Below, in pieces: positions 19,155 to 28,868 of a stretch of 64,000 nt of DNA (within the stretch, counting starts at the first letter, position 1; each line of letters begins with the position of its first letter). The position numbers and the translations under genes were made by a program. The notes under the pieces were generated by a model. That model saw nothing but the letters and a program-made list of their open reading frames with translations. It did not search any database and was not told where the DNA came from. Origin of the DNA: Promethearchaeota archaeon Loki_b32 (lineage in GTDB: Archaea; Asgardarchaeota; Lokiarchaeia; Sigyniarchaeales; SOKP01); contig NJBH01000004.1 in the NCBI GenBank assembly GCA_005223125.1, positions 1-64,000 on the forward strand, in the 5' to 3' direction.

Positions 19155-20264
19155 TTATTTCTTGTTTTTTAAAGAAATTAATTTATTATACCAATCGAAT
19201 TTCTTATTCTTCCACTCAATAGTGTGTGGACCAATAAATTGCTCAATTATGCCTTTTGAAAGCATATTATTTATTACTTTTTCACCATTATCAGTTCTAA
19301 TTAGTATCATCGAATATCCTTCTGGAGCTCCAGATGCTCCAACACTAATATCTGTAAATCTTCCTGTGAATTCATCACATTCATGGCAACTATTTCTAAC
19401 TGCGGGATCTAGAGTTTTGATATCGATTTCAAATTCTTTATTATCTTTGGTTTGGATAAAGAAATTCTTTTTTATCCATGTTTTCTTGATTTTAGTAGGA
19501 TCAACTTTGGTTTCTCTCTTTAAAATATCATACAATTGATTATAAATAAAATTCTCAAAACAAAAAAGACCTATAATGTATTTAATGACATGAGCTGGTT
19601 TAACATGCAAAAATTTCATTTTACTGACAGCCTTACATTGGCAAGGAGTTCCAATAAATGCCATTCTTAGCTGGTCAATATCAAATATCTCCTTTTTCAT
19701 AAGAATCTTTTGCGATATGTTGTATAAATTTTTTAAAGGGAATATTTGAGAAGAAATAGAATAGCGTGTACCTGCTGATTTAAATAAATTTTCTTTATCA
19801 AATATAATTTTTGGAACAGGTTCAAAATTATCGTCAAATTCTGAAACAATAGCTGCATCAATTTTATGTTTTTCAAATAAATATGTTAGAATTGCTGAAA
19901 CTACCCCTCCATCTTGTCCAACTTTTTCTAATGCCGCGTTTGTTGTTTTAGCAGCAAGAATTTTAACGATATGTCCAATATTATCTTCAATATAATAAGT
20001 ATCCTTTAATTCTTTTAATAATGCTTTAGTTTGAGGACAAATGTAATAACAAACACCACATTTAGTACAATTATCAACACTTTTTTCTGATTTAAAGCCA
20101 GGATTATATCCATTCATCTCAATAACATTAAAACCTTGACATTCGCAATATGCTATGCAAGCTCCACAAGCACAGCATTTATTACTTTTAATTATTTCAT
20201 TTTCAAGGTCTTCAAATGTTTTTACTTCATTTTGCAAAAGTTTCTGAGAATCTGATTCAGTCAT
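19155..20264 (-). CDS. FrhB/FdhB-family F420-binding protein with 2x[4Fe-4S]
   Basis: CCACGAC, CTKCGVC, GQDGGVV, GTPCQ, GLFCFENF, CHECDEF. Confidence 0.88.
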   Translation of the reverse strand: MTESDSQKLLQNEVKTFEDLENEIIKSNKCCACGACIAYCECQGFNVIEMNGYNPGFKSEKSVDNCTKCGVCYYICPQTKALLKELKDTYYIEDNIGHIVKILAAKTTNAALEKVGQDGGVVSAILTYLFEKHKIDAAIVSEFDDNFEPVPKIIFDKENLFKSAGTRYSISSQIFPLKNLYNISQKILMKKEIFDIDQLRMAFIGTPCQCKAVSKMKFLHVKPAHVIKYIIGLFCFENFIYNQLYDILKRETKVDPTKIKKTWIKKNFFIQTKDNKEFEIDIKTLDPAVRNSCHECDEFTGRFTDISVGASGAPEGYSMILIRTDNGEKVINNMLSKGIIEQFIGPHTIEWKNKKFDWYNKLISLKNKK

Positions 20265-20279
20265 TATAATTCTCTCTTT

Positions 20280-20756
20280 TTATTTCTTTGTACAATTATA
20301 TTCTAATTCAAATATTCCTGATTTTTTAGGGATTTTTAATTCTCCAAATTCTATAATTTTCTTTGTAAAATCTTTAATTAACTCTGAAAATTGTTTTCCC
20401 TCACTTGCAGAAATTGAGTGTAATTGAAATCGATCTGCTTCAATTCCAATATATCTTATTAAATTCTTTAAATGAACCATTCTTACTTGAGTATATTCGA
20501 ATCCTTTCATATAATGACAATCACCCATATGGCATCCAATAATTAGCACTCCATCTATTCCATTATTAAAAGCTCGTAGAACAAATGTTGGATCAACCCT
20601 GCTAGAACACATTACCCTAATAATCCTAATATTCGGGGGATATTGGAATCTAGAAACACCTGCTAAGTCTGCACCCGCATAACTACACCAATTACAGCAA
20701 AAAACTAAAATATTTGGTTCAAATTCACTTTTTACCTTTTTTTTAATTTTTAACAG
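20280..20756 (-). CDS. mvhD: MvhD/FlpD [2Fe-2S] subunit (start uncertain; CTG at 20756 follows GGGGGG RBS)
   Basis: [19 protein letters not shown]…RVMCSSRVD…GCHMGDCHY. Confidence 0.9.
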   Translation of the reverse strand: MLKIKKKVKSEFEPNILVFCCNWCSYAGADLAGVSRFQYPPNIRIIRVMCSSRVDPTFVLRAFNNGIDGVLIIGCHMGDCHYMKGFEYTQVRMVHLKNLIRYIGIEADRFQLHSISASEGKQFSELIKDFTKKIIEFGELKIPKKSGIFELEYNCTKK

Positions 20757-20772
20757 TATTAATCCCCCCAAA

Positions 20773-23700
20773 TTAAACAATTTCATAATCCATTGCATCT
20801 AAGCTTGGTAATAAATCAATCATTTTGTTAATTTGAAATTTACTAAAATGATTTTGATCAATAGCCCCAACTGAGCATTCAACAATGCAAGCTCCACAAC
20901 CTTTACAAACAGCATTAATTACACGAGCCTTTCTCACGGATATATTATATAAACCCATTTCTTTATAAATTTCAACCAATTCAATAGCGTTATAAGGGCA
21001 AATCTCAATACATTTACCGCATCCTATACATTTTTCTTCATTTATATAAGAAGTTATACATTCAGTTTCTATTTCCCCTTTAGCCATTATTATTGCCGCT
21101 CTTCCAGCAGCACCATAAGCTTGAGTGATAGTTTCACCTATCCATTTCGGCCAATGAGCTCCTCCACATAGGAAAATTCCTTCTGTTGCAAAGTCTATTG
21201 GCCTAAGTTTTGCATCAGCTTCTAAGAAAAAGCCATTTGTATTTGTTGATACTTTTAACAATTTTGCTAATTGTTCAGTATCATCAACAGGAACTTTAGG
21301 AGTAGCTAATATTAATAAATCAGTATTATATTCAATATTTATTTGAGCCCCAACATTATAATATACGATATGGAAATTATCATTTTCATCACAGATTTTG
21401 ATATCATCAATTGAACGATATCTTTCATATGTAACTTTTTTTCGAAGCCTTCGCCATAGATTTTCAGCATTTAAATCTGAGAATTGAAACTCTCTATATA
21501 AAATATGAATATGTGCATTATGGTTTATATTTAATAATTTTTCAATATTCTTTAATGCTACACCACAACAGATATTTGAGCAATAAGTTTTTATATTATC
21601 TCCCGTATTAAATTCGTTTCTTCTTTGATCTACGCATAGTATTATTGTAGCATCTTTAAATTCAGGAACATCTGCATCTTTCATCTCAGTTAATTCTGTT
21701 TGTGTGAGTAGACGTTTAGGATATCTTTCCGATAAATTTACCCACCTGCTTGTTTTTATTTGCTTAGTTCCCGTAGCCACTATTATTGTACCCACATTGA
21801 ATGTTTTATTTTTTGAATTATCATGAATATTCTTAACTTTAACTTGGTAATTTCCAACATAACCTTGAATATCATCTATAACTGAATTTAATAAAATATG
21901 AACATTGGATTTGTTTTTCAAATCTTTAATTTCCTTTAAAATTTCATTTTTCGTAATAGGTATATAATATAAATCAATAAATTCAAGTGCGACACCTCCA
22001 AGAAAAGATTTCTTATCTACAAGATAAATCTCAAATCCTTGATTTGCCAAATTATATGCAGCAGTTATCCCTGCTATTCCACCACCAATTATTAGAGTTG
22101 ACTTCTCAACTTTTACTTTAATGGTTTCTAATGGTTTTAAATTAATTACCTTTGCTAAATACATCCTTATTAAATCACATGCTTTTTTAGTAGCCTTTTT
22201 AGGTTCATTTTGATGAACCCAAGAATCTTGGTTTCTTATGTTTACTAGTTCAAATAAAAATGGATTTAATCCAGCTTCTCTTAGAGTATTTTTAAAAAGC
22301 TGTTCATGAGTTCGCGGGGTACAAGAAGCAACTATAAATCTATTAAGATTGTATTTTATGATTAGTTCTTTAATCCGTTCTTGGGAATCAGAACTACATG
22401 AATACATGTTTTCTTCAACATGGACAACATATGGCAATTTAGAAACATAATCTACTACTTCGGAAACATTAACAATACCTCCGATATTAATACCACACTG
22501 ACAAATTAAAATACCTACACGAGGTTCATCCTCCAGTTTTACTGGTATTTCTGGAGGATATTTCAATTTTTTTATATTTTGAAATCTAACATGATATAAT
22601 ATTTCGCTAATTTTAGCAGCACATGCAGAACCTTCAGCAACTGCCATTTGAATATCATTGGGTTTTCTAGAATAACCAGTTACGAATATATTCTTTTTTT
22701 CAAGTAAAATTATATCTGTTTCATGAATATAACCTAAATTGTTACAACCCACGTTAAGTTTTCTTAAAAGCTCATGATAAGAGGGAGGTGGAGATAATGC
22801 ACTAGCTAATATAGCCATATCCGCTTCAAAAGTTCCAACTTTTCCTTTATCAATATCTTCATAATATAATTTTAATTTTCCGTTATCTAAATTTTCTTTG
22901 ATATATGAAACATGACCATTCACATATTTAACATTATATTCATTCTTACTTTTTTCAATAAATTCATAAAAGTTCTTACCTTTAGCTCTGACTTCTGTAT
23001 TAAAAATATAACAGTCAATGCTTGGATCATGTTCTTTAACAACAATTGCTTCTTTAGCTGAATTCATACAACATATGGCAGAACAATATTTTTTACATTC
23101 AGGATGATGAACGTCTCGAGACCCAACACATTGTATAAAAGCAATTGAATGAGGATGTTTTTTATCATCTAATCTTATGATTTGACCACCAGTAGGTCCA
23201 TTTGCAGATAAAAGACGTTCAAATTGCATACTAGAAAAAACATTCGGGGAAGAGCCAGCAAAAGAATCATATACGTCTGGCATTTCTTGGATATATCCTG
23301 TAGCAATAACAATAGCCCCTACTTTTAAATCTATTTCTTCTGGTTTTTGTAAAAAATCTATTGCTTCTGGTTTACAAGCTTTAGCACAAAGTCCACATAT
23401 TCTATAATTTAAATATAAACATTTTGATTCTTCAATGAGATATATTGGGGGTACTGATGATGGAAAAGGCATATATATGGCGCCTCGAGTTTTTAAATGA
23501 GTATCAAATTCGCTAGGAATTCCTCTAACTGGACAAATCTCGCCACAATCTCCACATCCTTTACAGAGGTCTTCTTTTATATATCTTGGCTTTCTTATAA
23601 TTGTTATTGTGTAATCACCAGCAGATCCTCTAATATTTTTAACATTAGAATAAGTAAATAACTCAATATTTGGATTTCTATATATATCAACCATTTTTGG

Positions 23701-23886
23701 AGCTAAGATACATAAACTACAATCAAGGGTGGGATATATTTTGTCTAATTGAGCCATAGCACCCCCAATAGTCGGTTTAATTTCGACTAAATATACTTTA
23801 AAACCTAACTTAGTTAGGTCTAAGGATGCCTGTATCCCTGAGATTCCTCCTCCAATAACCAAAACACTACTCTGCAAATTTGGCAT
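20773..23886 (-). CDS. hdrA: Large HdrA-like protein with two FAD domains (1037 aa)
   Basis: GGGISG; PTLDCSLCILAP; IQCVGSR…YCSAICC; internal CQCG/ASCTP N-type domain; second GGGIAG; C-terminal ferredoxin. Confidence 0.9.
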   Translation of the reverse strand: MPNLQSSVLVIGGGISGIQASLDLTKLGFKVYLVEIKPTIGGAMAQLDKIYPTLDCSLCILAPKMVDIYRNPNIELFTYSNVKNIRGSAGDYTITIIRKPRYIKEDLCKGCGDCGEICPVRGIPSEFDTHLKTRGAIYMPFPSSVPPIYLIEESKCLYLNYRICGLCAKACKPEAIDFLQKPEEIDLKVGAIVIATGYIQEMPDVYDSFAGSSPNVFSSMQFERLLSANGPTGGQIIRLDDKKHPHSIAFIQCVGSRDVHHPECKKYCSAICCMNSAKEAIVVKEHDPSIDCYIFNTEVRAKGKNFYEFIEKSKNEYNVKYVNGHVSYIKENLDNGKLKLYYEDIDKGKVGTFEADMAILASALSPPPSYHELLRKLNVGCNNLGYIHETDIILLEKKNIFVTGYSRKPNDIQMAVAEGSACAAKISEILYHVRFQNIKKLKYPPEIPVKLEDEPRVGILICQCGINIGGIVNVSEVVDYVSKLPYVVHVEENMYSCSSDSQERIKELIIKYNLNRFIVASCTPRTHEQLFKNTLREAGLNPFLFELVNIRNQDSWVHQNEPKKATKKACDLIRMYLAKVINLKPLETIKVKVEKSTLIIGGGIAGITAAYNLANQGFEIYLVDKKSFLGGVALEFIDLYYIPITKNEILKEIKDLKNKSNVHILLNSVIDDIQGYVGNYQVKVKNIHDNSKNKTFNVGTIIVATGTKQIKTSRWVNLSERYPKRLLTQTELTEMKDADVPEFKDATIILCVDQRRNEFNTGDNIKTYCSNICCGVALKNIEKLLNINHNAHIHILYREFQFSDLNAENLWRRLRKKVTYERYRSIDDIKICDENDNFHIVYYNVGAQINIEYNTDLLILATPKVPVDDTEQLAKLLKVSTNTNGFFLEADAKLRPIDFATEGIFLCGGAHWPKWIGETITQAYGAAGRAAIIMAKGEIETECITSYINEEKCIGCGKCIEICPYNAIELVEIYKEMGLYNISVRKARVINAVCKGCGACIVECSVGAIDQNHFSKFQINKMIDLLPSLDAMDYEIV

Positions 23887-23943
23887 TTATCACAGCTATT
23901 GAAAACATTTATTAACTTTATATCCCAATTTTGTAAGATTAAT

Positions 23944-25200
23944 TTAAACAAGCATTAGCAATTTTCCAATAAAACTTGCTAAATCTACGACCTTTATTTT
24001 ATTTCTCAATTCATTATGCTCTTTATTTAAAGAAGGCTCATTTATATAACAATTGAAGTGTGTTAGACATTTAGGGCAAGTAACAATTAAATAATCTGCT
24101 CCAGTATTAACTGCTTCATTAATACGATTTTGCCTTAAAAAATGTGTGAATTCATTACAATTTGTAAATGTCGAAACACCACAACAATTAGCGTCATCTT
24201 TTATGTTTTCCATTTCAATCAATTCTACTCCTGGAATTTGTTTAATTAATTCTCTTGGAGAATTATATAGTTTTCCCCCTAAACGCCCCATTCGACAAGA
24301 ATCGTGATATGTTACCTTAATTTTAGAATTGTAAGGAAATTTAACATGTTCAAGTATTTTTTCCTTTAGAAAAAATTCAGAAAAATGAAAAACTTTAAAA
24401 TCAAAATCATCTACTATTTTTGGATAATCATATTTCCATGTTCGATATCCTTCAGCACATCCAACTATAACAGTTTTTACCCCTGCATCTTTGTAAAGCT
24501 GAGTATTATATTCAGCAAATTTTTTAAAAGTTTCAATATTGCCCTTACCCCATAAAATATCGTGTCCACAGCATTTTTCATTTAAAACTACGGGTACTAT
24601 ATTGGCTTCATTAAGTAAACTTATTATTGTAATAGGTATATTGTTATAATTAAAACCTAAATTATAAAAAATTTCTTCCATTAAAGGTAAACATCCAATA
24701 AAGTAAGCAATTTCACCCGATTCTGCTGTTTTTAAGGCTTTTTCATCTAAAAATTCTAATTTATTTGGAATTATAGCTTCATTTGCCATCATTTTTGAAA
24801 TTAGTGGAAAGATTTCATTATGTGTTTCACATCGAGTAATTCTATCAATTTGTATTTCATTATTTCTTGAAATTTTTCTTAATTCCAAAATTAATTCGGG
24901 GATTCTTATACCATCATTTTCTTGAGTCATTGGACAATATATTGTACATTGACCACATGTAAGACAATTCCATATATTATGATTAGTTAAAACTTCTCCA
25001 AAAGAAGAATATATTAAATCCCCTACTAACATTCGAGGAAAAAATATATCTAAATGCGAAAGTGGACATACATTTACACATCGATTGCAAGCAAAACAAT
25101 AGTTTGCCATCGAAATTATATTTTTAATATTTTGCTCTAAGATTTTGAAGCTAGAATTACCACCTTTAATTTCATTATTGATATAAGAAGCCATAAACAA
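23944..25200 (-). CDS. HdrD-like (HdrC+CCG domains) Fe-S protein
   Basis: CFACNRC, CLTCGQC, EKCCG, YHDSCRMGR, CCG, TCPKC. Confidence 0.88.
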   Translation of the reverse strand: MFMASYINNEIKGGNSSFKILEQNIKNIISMANYCFACNRCVNVCPLSHLDIFFPRMLVGDLIYSSFGEVLTNHNIWNCLTCGQCTIYCPMTQENDGIRIPELILELRKISRNNEIQIDRITRCETHNEIFPLISKMMANEAIIPNKLEFLDEKALKTAESGEIAYFIGCLPLMEEIFYNLGFNYNNIPITIISLLNEANIVPVVLNEKCCGHDILWGKGNIETFKKFAEYNTQLYKDAGVKTVIVGCAEGYRTWKYDYPKIVDDFDFKVFHFSEFFLKEKILEHVKFPYNSKIKVTYHDSCRMGRLGGKLYNSPRELIKQIPGVELIEMENIKDDANCCGVSTFTNCNEFTHFLRQNRINEAVNTGADYLIVTCPKCLTHFNCYINEPSLNKEHNELRNKIKVVDLASFIGKLLMLV

Positions 25201-25410
25201 TTACTCCTCGAAATAAATCTCAGAATATCCACATTTAGAACATACATATGTTTTAACATTAGGTGCTTTACGTCTGTAAACATAGTCAGTATTTTTTAAA
25301 GGTGCCTTGCACTTATTACATATTTCTTTATACTCTTCCTTTTCTATTAACGTGTATTTATCACCCCTTTTTTTGATATAAAACATGTTATTTTTAGGAA
25401 TTATATACAT
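25201..25410 (-). CDS. Small Zn-ribbon protein (start uncertain)
   Basis: CNKC…YVCSKCGYSE; abuts hdrD-like gene. Confidence 0.6.
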   Translation of the reverse strand: MYIIPKNNMFYIKKRGDKYTLIEKEEYKEICNKCKAPLKNTDYVYRRKAPNVKTYVCSKCGYSEIYFEE

Positions 25411-25885
25411 ATTTTTAACAATATTGTGAATTTTAGAAAAATATTTTTTTAAAAAGATCCATCTCTATTATAGAAGAGGTATTCTACATTTAAAAATCCT
25501 TACTTTTAATTGAGTTTCTCCTTAATGATACTATCCAGAAATGCAATCTATATTATGAATAATCGAGAATTCTTATCTAAACAGTAAGAGAGTAGGATAG
25601 TTTTGATGAAAGAATTGATCGAAATCAGCAATATTATTTTCGATTAATAGATATTATTTAACGATATTTTTAAAATGCATAAAATATTTATTAGATTTTT
25701 AATGATTTGATAAATAATACCTAACAAATTTATCAAAATTCTTCCTTTAGTAAGGCTTAATATATTAGGGCTATTAACCTCTATCAGCAAAAAATAACAT
25801 TAAAATGAGATTATTTATGAAAACTCTGCTGATTAAACATAGAGGTAACTAAAATTTTTAATTTAAATTCTTTTGTTATGTAATT

Positions 25886-25903
25886 TGACAAAAATAATTT
25901 TCA
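25886..25903. promoter_or_regulatory. Operator TGACAA-N6-TTTTCA
   Basis: Matches motif at 16533/16702. Confidence 0.5.
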
Positions 25904-25992
25904 AAATATATTTTTTAAAATGTTATGATTGTAAAAATGAGGTTAAACCTTCAGTTATCTAAATGAAAAGAAAAATTGTTAAAGAGATTTTT

Positions 25993-26073
25993 TGAAAGCT
26001 TAATTTGTCAAAATGATAAATATTTTTCTTATCAAACAATTTAAATTTTAATCATATTATAATATAATTGGAA
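25993..26073 (+). promoter_or_regulatory. Operator TGAAAG-N6-TTGTCA + TATA (26040) promoter of mtd operon
   Basis: Same spacing and conserved blocks as 16702-16783. Confidence 0.62.
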
Positions 26074-26151
26074 TTATTCTCATGCTCAAAAAGGTGGAAA
26101 GGGTTCACCTTAAGATGTTACGATAATTCCATGGATATATTTTAATAAAAT

Positions 26152-26802
26152 ATGAAAAGTGATGTATTTAAGATGGAAGTATTAGAATTAAAACCAATAA
26201 GAAACAAAACAGTAGTTATATATTTAATAGATAAAACTAGGATAAACTCTCAACTCAATGATATTGATATTTTAAAGGCGTTAGTAGATAAAAATAATAT
26301 AAATTTTATTACTATTGATATAAATAACGGTAATTTCAAAACTTTCAAAAACTCAAATCTTTCAAGGGTTCTAAATGCCTTAAACGTAGAATATTATTTA
26401 CTAGATATGCCTAAGTACGCATATGGGTATCTTTATGAAGAGATAACGAAGAAAGAAGAGCAAATTAATGACCTATTGGAGGAATACCGAATTATGGATG
26501 ATAAGGACTCTTTTAGAGGTTTAAATTTAAAATCTTGGATTGATGTGCTTAAAAAAGAAGTTTTTCAAGAGAAGAATATTTTAGAAATTAAAATAAGACC
26601 ACAATGGATTGTCAAAAAAATTTTAGATTTAATTAAAAAACATAAAAATGAAAAGGTTTCTCTTATTCATTTTACCAATGAAAGTACCCTTCCAGAAATA
26701 ACTAAGCAATTAAGAAATCTTCATATAGAAGCAATTGTTTATAATTTCAATAATATTTATAATATTCCATATTTAATTATAAAACAGGAGGAAAGTAATT
26801 AA
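26152..26802 (+). CDS. Hypothetical protein paralogous to the N-terminal domain of the downstream Mtd fusion
   Basis: Both share MEVLELKP; aligned blocks YYLLDMPKYAYGYL/YKMVDISENAENYL and KIRPQWIVKKIL/NIREAWMMMGIL. Confidence 0.75.
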   Translation: MKSDVFKMEVLELKPIRNKTVVIYLIDKTRINSQLNDIDILKALVDKNNINFITIDINNGNFKTFKNSNLSRVLNALNVEYYLLDMPKYAYGYLYEEITKKEEQINDLLEEYRIMDDKDSFRGLNLKSWIDVLKKEVFQEKNILEIKIRPQWIVKKILDLIKKHKNEKVSLIHFTNESTLPEITKQLRNLHIEAIVYNFNNIYNIPYLIIKQEESN

Positions 26803-28487
26803 TGGAAGTTTTAGAATTAAAACCCTTAAAGAAAAAAAGTTTAAAACTTATATTAATTGAAAGTGAATTTCCCATAAACTGGTGGTTTGAGACATCAGCA
26901 GAGAAAAAGCATGATTTAGTATGGAATTTACATTTAATTTCAAAGGAGTATCTCAATCTAATTGAACATTTGATTAAGAAATATAATCCTGATTTCGCTG
27001 TAGAAGAGAAAGGAAGCCGTTGGGAAGATGCAATAGCTCCTGACGATCCTCTAGAATCATTATTTAGGGAATTTAAAATTCCTTATAAAATGGTAGATAT
27101 TTCAGAAAACGCAGAAAATTATCTTTCCTCAAATTTGGAAGATTATAGAACTCTTATAAAGCAGTTGACAAAATCAATTAAAGATATTTGGGTGAATAAC
27201 GATAAAAAATTTCCAAAAGATGATTTTGAGTTTCAACGTATGTTTTTATGGAGAGAATACCTGCAACAAGAATACAACCTTCAAGAAGATGAAATAAGAC
27301 TTAATATTCGAGAAGCTTGGATGATGATGGGGATTCTAAAATTTGCAAAGATAATGGGAGAAAAAACACTAAAAGCATTTTTTATCTGTAATCCTAACCA
27401 TTTCAAAGGTATCACTCATCTGGCAGGAGATTTAGGCTTTGAAACTGAAGAAATAAAAATTAAACGGTTGGCAAAAGTTGTTAATAACCCTGGTTCTGAT
27501 TCAATTAAAACTATAATTGGAAAAAGCATACTTGAATTATCGCCGATTAAAGTGAAAAAAAAAGAATCATTAGAAAAAATATGTTATTTTTTTGATACTG
27601 ATGCTAATGCTTCTCCTTTCGATATAAATATGGCTTATGACGCAGGTTTTGATGTAGTTATACCTATTAGTAAGATGACTGCTGATCAAGTACCAAAGCT
27701 CGTACAAGATGCAATTTTTTCTCGGAAACCGAAAGCTCCTACAACATTCTTTATTGGTGGATCTAATGTTAAAGAAGGAGAAAAAATTGCTAAAAAAGTT
27801 ATAAAGTCGTTGGTACCCCCATTTGAATGCCCCGTGATTATAGATCCTCGGGGTTCACACACCACAGCTTCTTCTGTAGTTGCTAAAACTGTTGAAGTTG
27901 CTAAAGAACATGAATTATATGATTTAACAGGTAAAAAAGTAGTTATTTTAGGATCAGGTCCAGTTGGGAGAATTGCAGCTATAATCGCAGCAAAATTAAA
28001 TTGTAAAACGTATTTAATTGAAACCTGGGAAAGATCGAGTGAAGAATTTATAAAAAATCTAGCAAAAGAATTAATGGAAGAAGCTGGAGAAAATTCAACT
28101 GAAATTGTTGGTGTTTTTGCACCAGATGATGAAAAGAAATTAGAAATAATAAATAATGCAGATATAATATGGAGTTTGGCTGCCGCTGGTGTACAAATTT
28201 TATCAAAAGAATTAATGGATAAATTAAAAAACAAAATTGTAATAGACATAAATTTGGTTCCTCCTTATGGCATTGAAGGATTAAAGCCAAAAGATAATAA
28301 TAAAGAAATATACCCAACTATATTTGGAATAGGAGCATTAGCTTTAGGACGTTTAAAATCCAATATTGAAGCAAATATCCTTAAAGAAGCATCAACAACT
28401 AAAGGAAAAAAAGTATTTGATTACAATTATGCTTTTGAGCAAGCAAAGAAACTCCTTTTTGGAAATGAAATAAAATTGTCAACCTAA
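26802..28487 (+). CDS. NAD(P)-dependent methylene-H4MPT dehydrogenase (MtdA/MtdB family) with ~250-aa N-terminal extra domain
   Basis: FDTDANASPFDINMAYDAG, DAIFSR, IDPRGSHTTA, GSGPVG, DINLVPPYGIEG, GIGALALG. Confidence 0.85.
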   Translation: MEVLELKPLKKKSLKLILIESEFPINWWFETSAEKKHDLVWNLHLISKEYLNLIEHLIKKYNPDFAVEEKGSRWEDAIAPDDPLESLFREFKIPYKMVDISENAENYLSSNLEDYRTLIKQLTKSIKDIWVNNDKKFPKDDFEFQRMFLWREYLQQEYNLQEDEIRLNIREAWMMMGILKFAKIMGEKTLKAFFICNPNHFKGITHLAGDLGFETEEIKIKRLAKVVNNPGSDSIKTIIGKSILELSPIKVKKKESLEKICYFFDTDANASPFDINMAYDAGFDVVIPISKMTADQVPKLVQDAIFSRKPKAPTTFFIGGSNVKEGEKIAKKVIKSLVPPFECPVIIDPRGSHTTASSVVAKTVEVAKEHELYDLTGKKVVILGSGPVGRIAAIIAAKLNCKTYLIETWERSSEEFIKNLAKELMEEAGENSTEIVGVFAPDDEKKLEIINNADIIWSLAAAGVQILSKELMDKLKNKIVIDINLVPPYGIEGLKPKDNNKEIYPTIFGIGALALGRLKSNIEANILKEASTTKGKKVFDYNYAFEQAKKLLFGNEIKLST

Positions 28488-28515
28488 TATTATTTTTTTT
28501 TATTAATTTAAGTGA

Positions 28516-28692
28516 ATTATAGAAGAAATTAAAATTGAAATATTATACAATAGTATATTAGACGAAACTAAAAGAAAGAAGTCTACAAAGCAAATATCGA
28601 AAAATAACGAGTTAGCTATTAAAAAAAGCTTTAAAAGATCTGTTATAAATTAGCAATTTGAAAAGAAATTGAATAAATTAAAAGAAAAATTA
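28516..28692 (+). pseudogene. Degenerate copy of the small basic protein at 30759
   Basis: ELAIKKSFKRSVIN*QFEKKLNKL vs DIVLKKEYKKSTFQWRYKKKLDKM; TAG (28651) at Trp position. Confidence 0.5.
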
Positions 28693-28868
28693 ATTTTATA
28701 TATTTTTTTATACTGTTTTTTCAGTTGTGAATTTCATTTAAGTAGTCATTTTCGAGACACCTGTAAAATAGGACATGCTAATTTAAGGTTTTATTTCATT
28801 ATTTATGAATCGTAAAAACATCTTTCAAATCTTAGAATAATTTAAGCTATGTAATTAGAGTTACATTT

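Noticed and set aside
20280-20756. Sec in MvhD (as in methanococcal VhuD)
   Set aside because: This and the 58504 copy have ordinary Cys codons at all motif positions
25775-25850. Imperfect inverted repeat CCTCTAT-CAGCA…TGCTG…ATAGAGG as ncRNA or MITE
   Set aside because: Single copy with interrupted arms; no target duplication or recognisable RNA family
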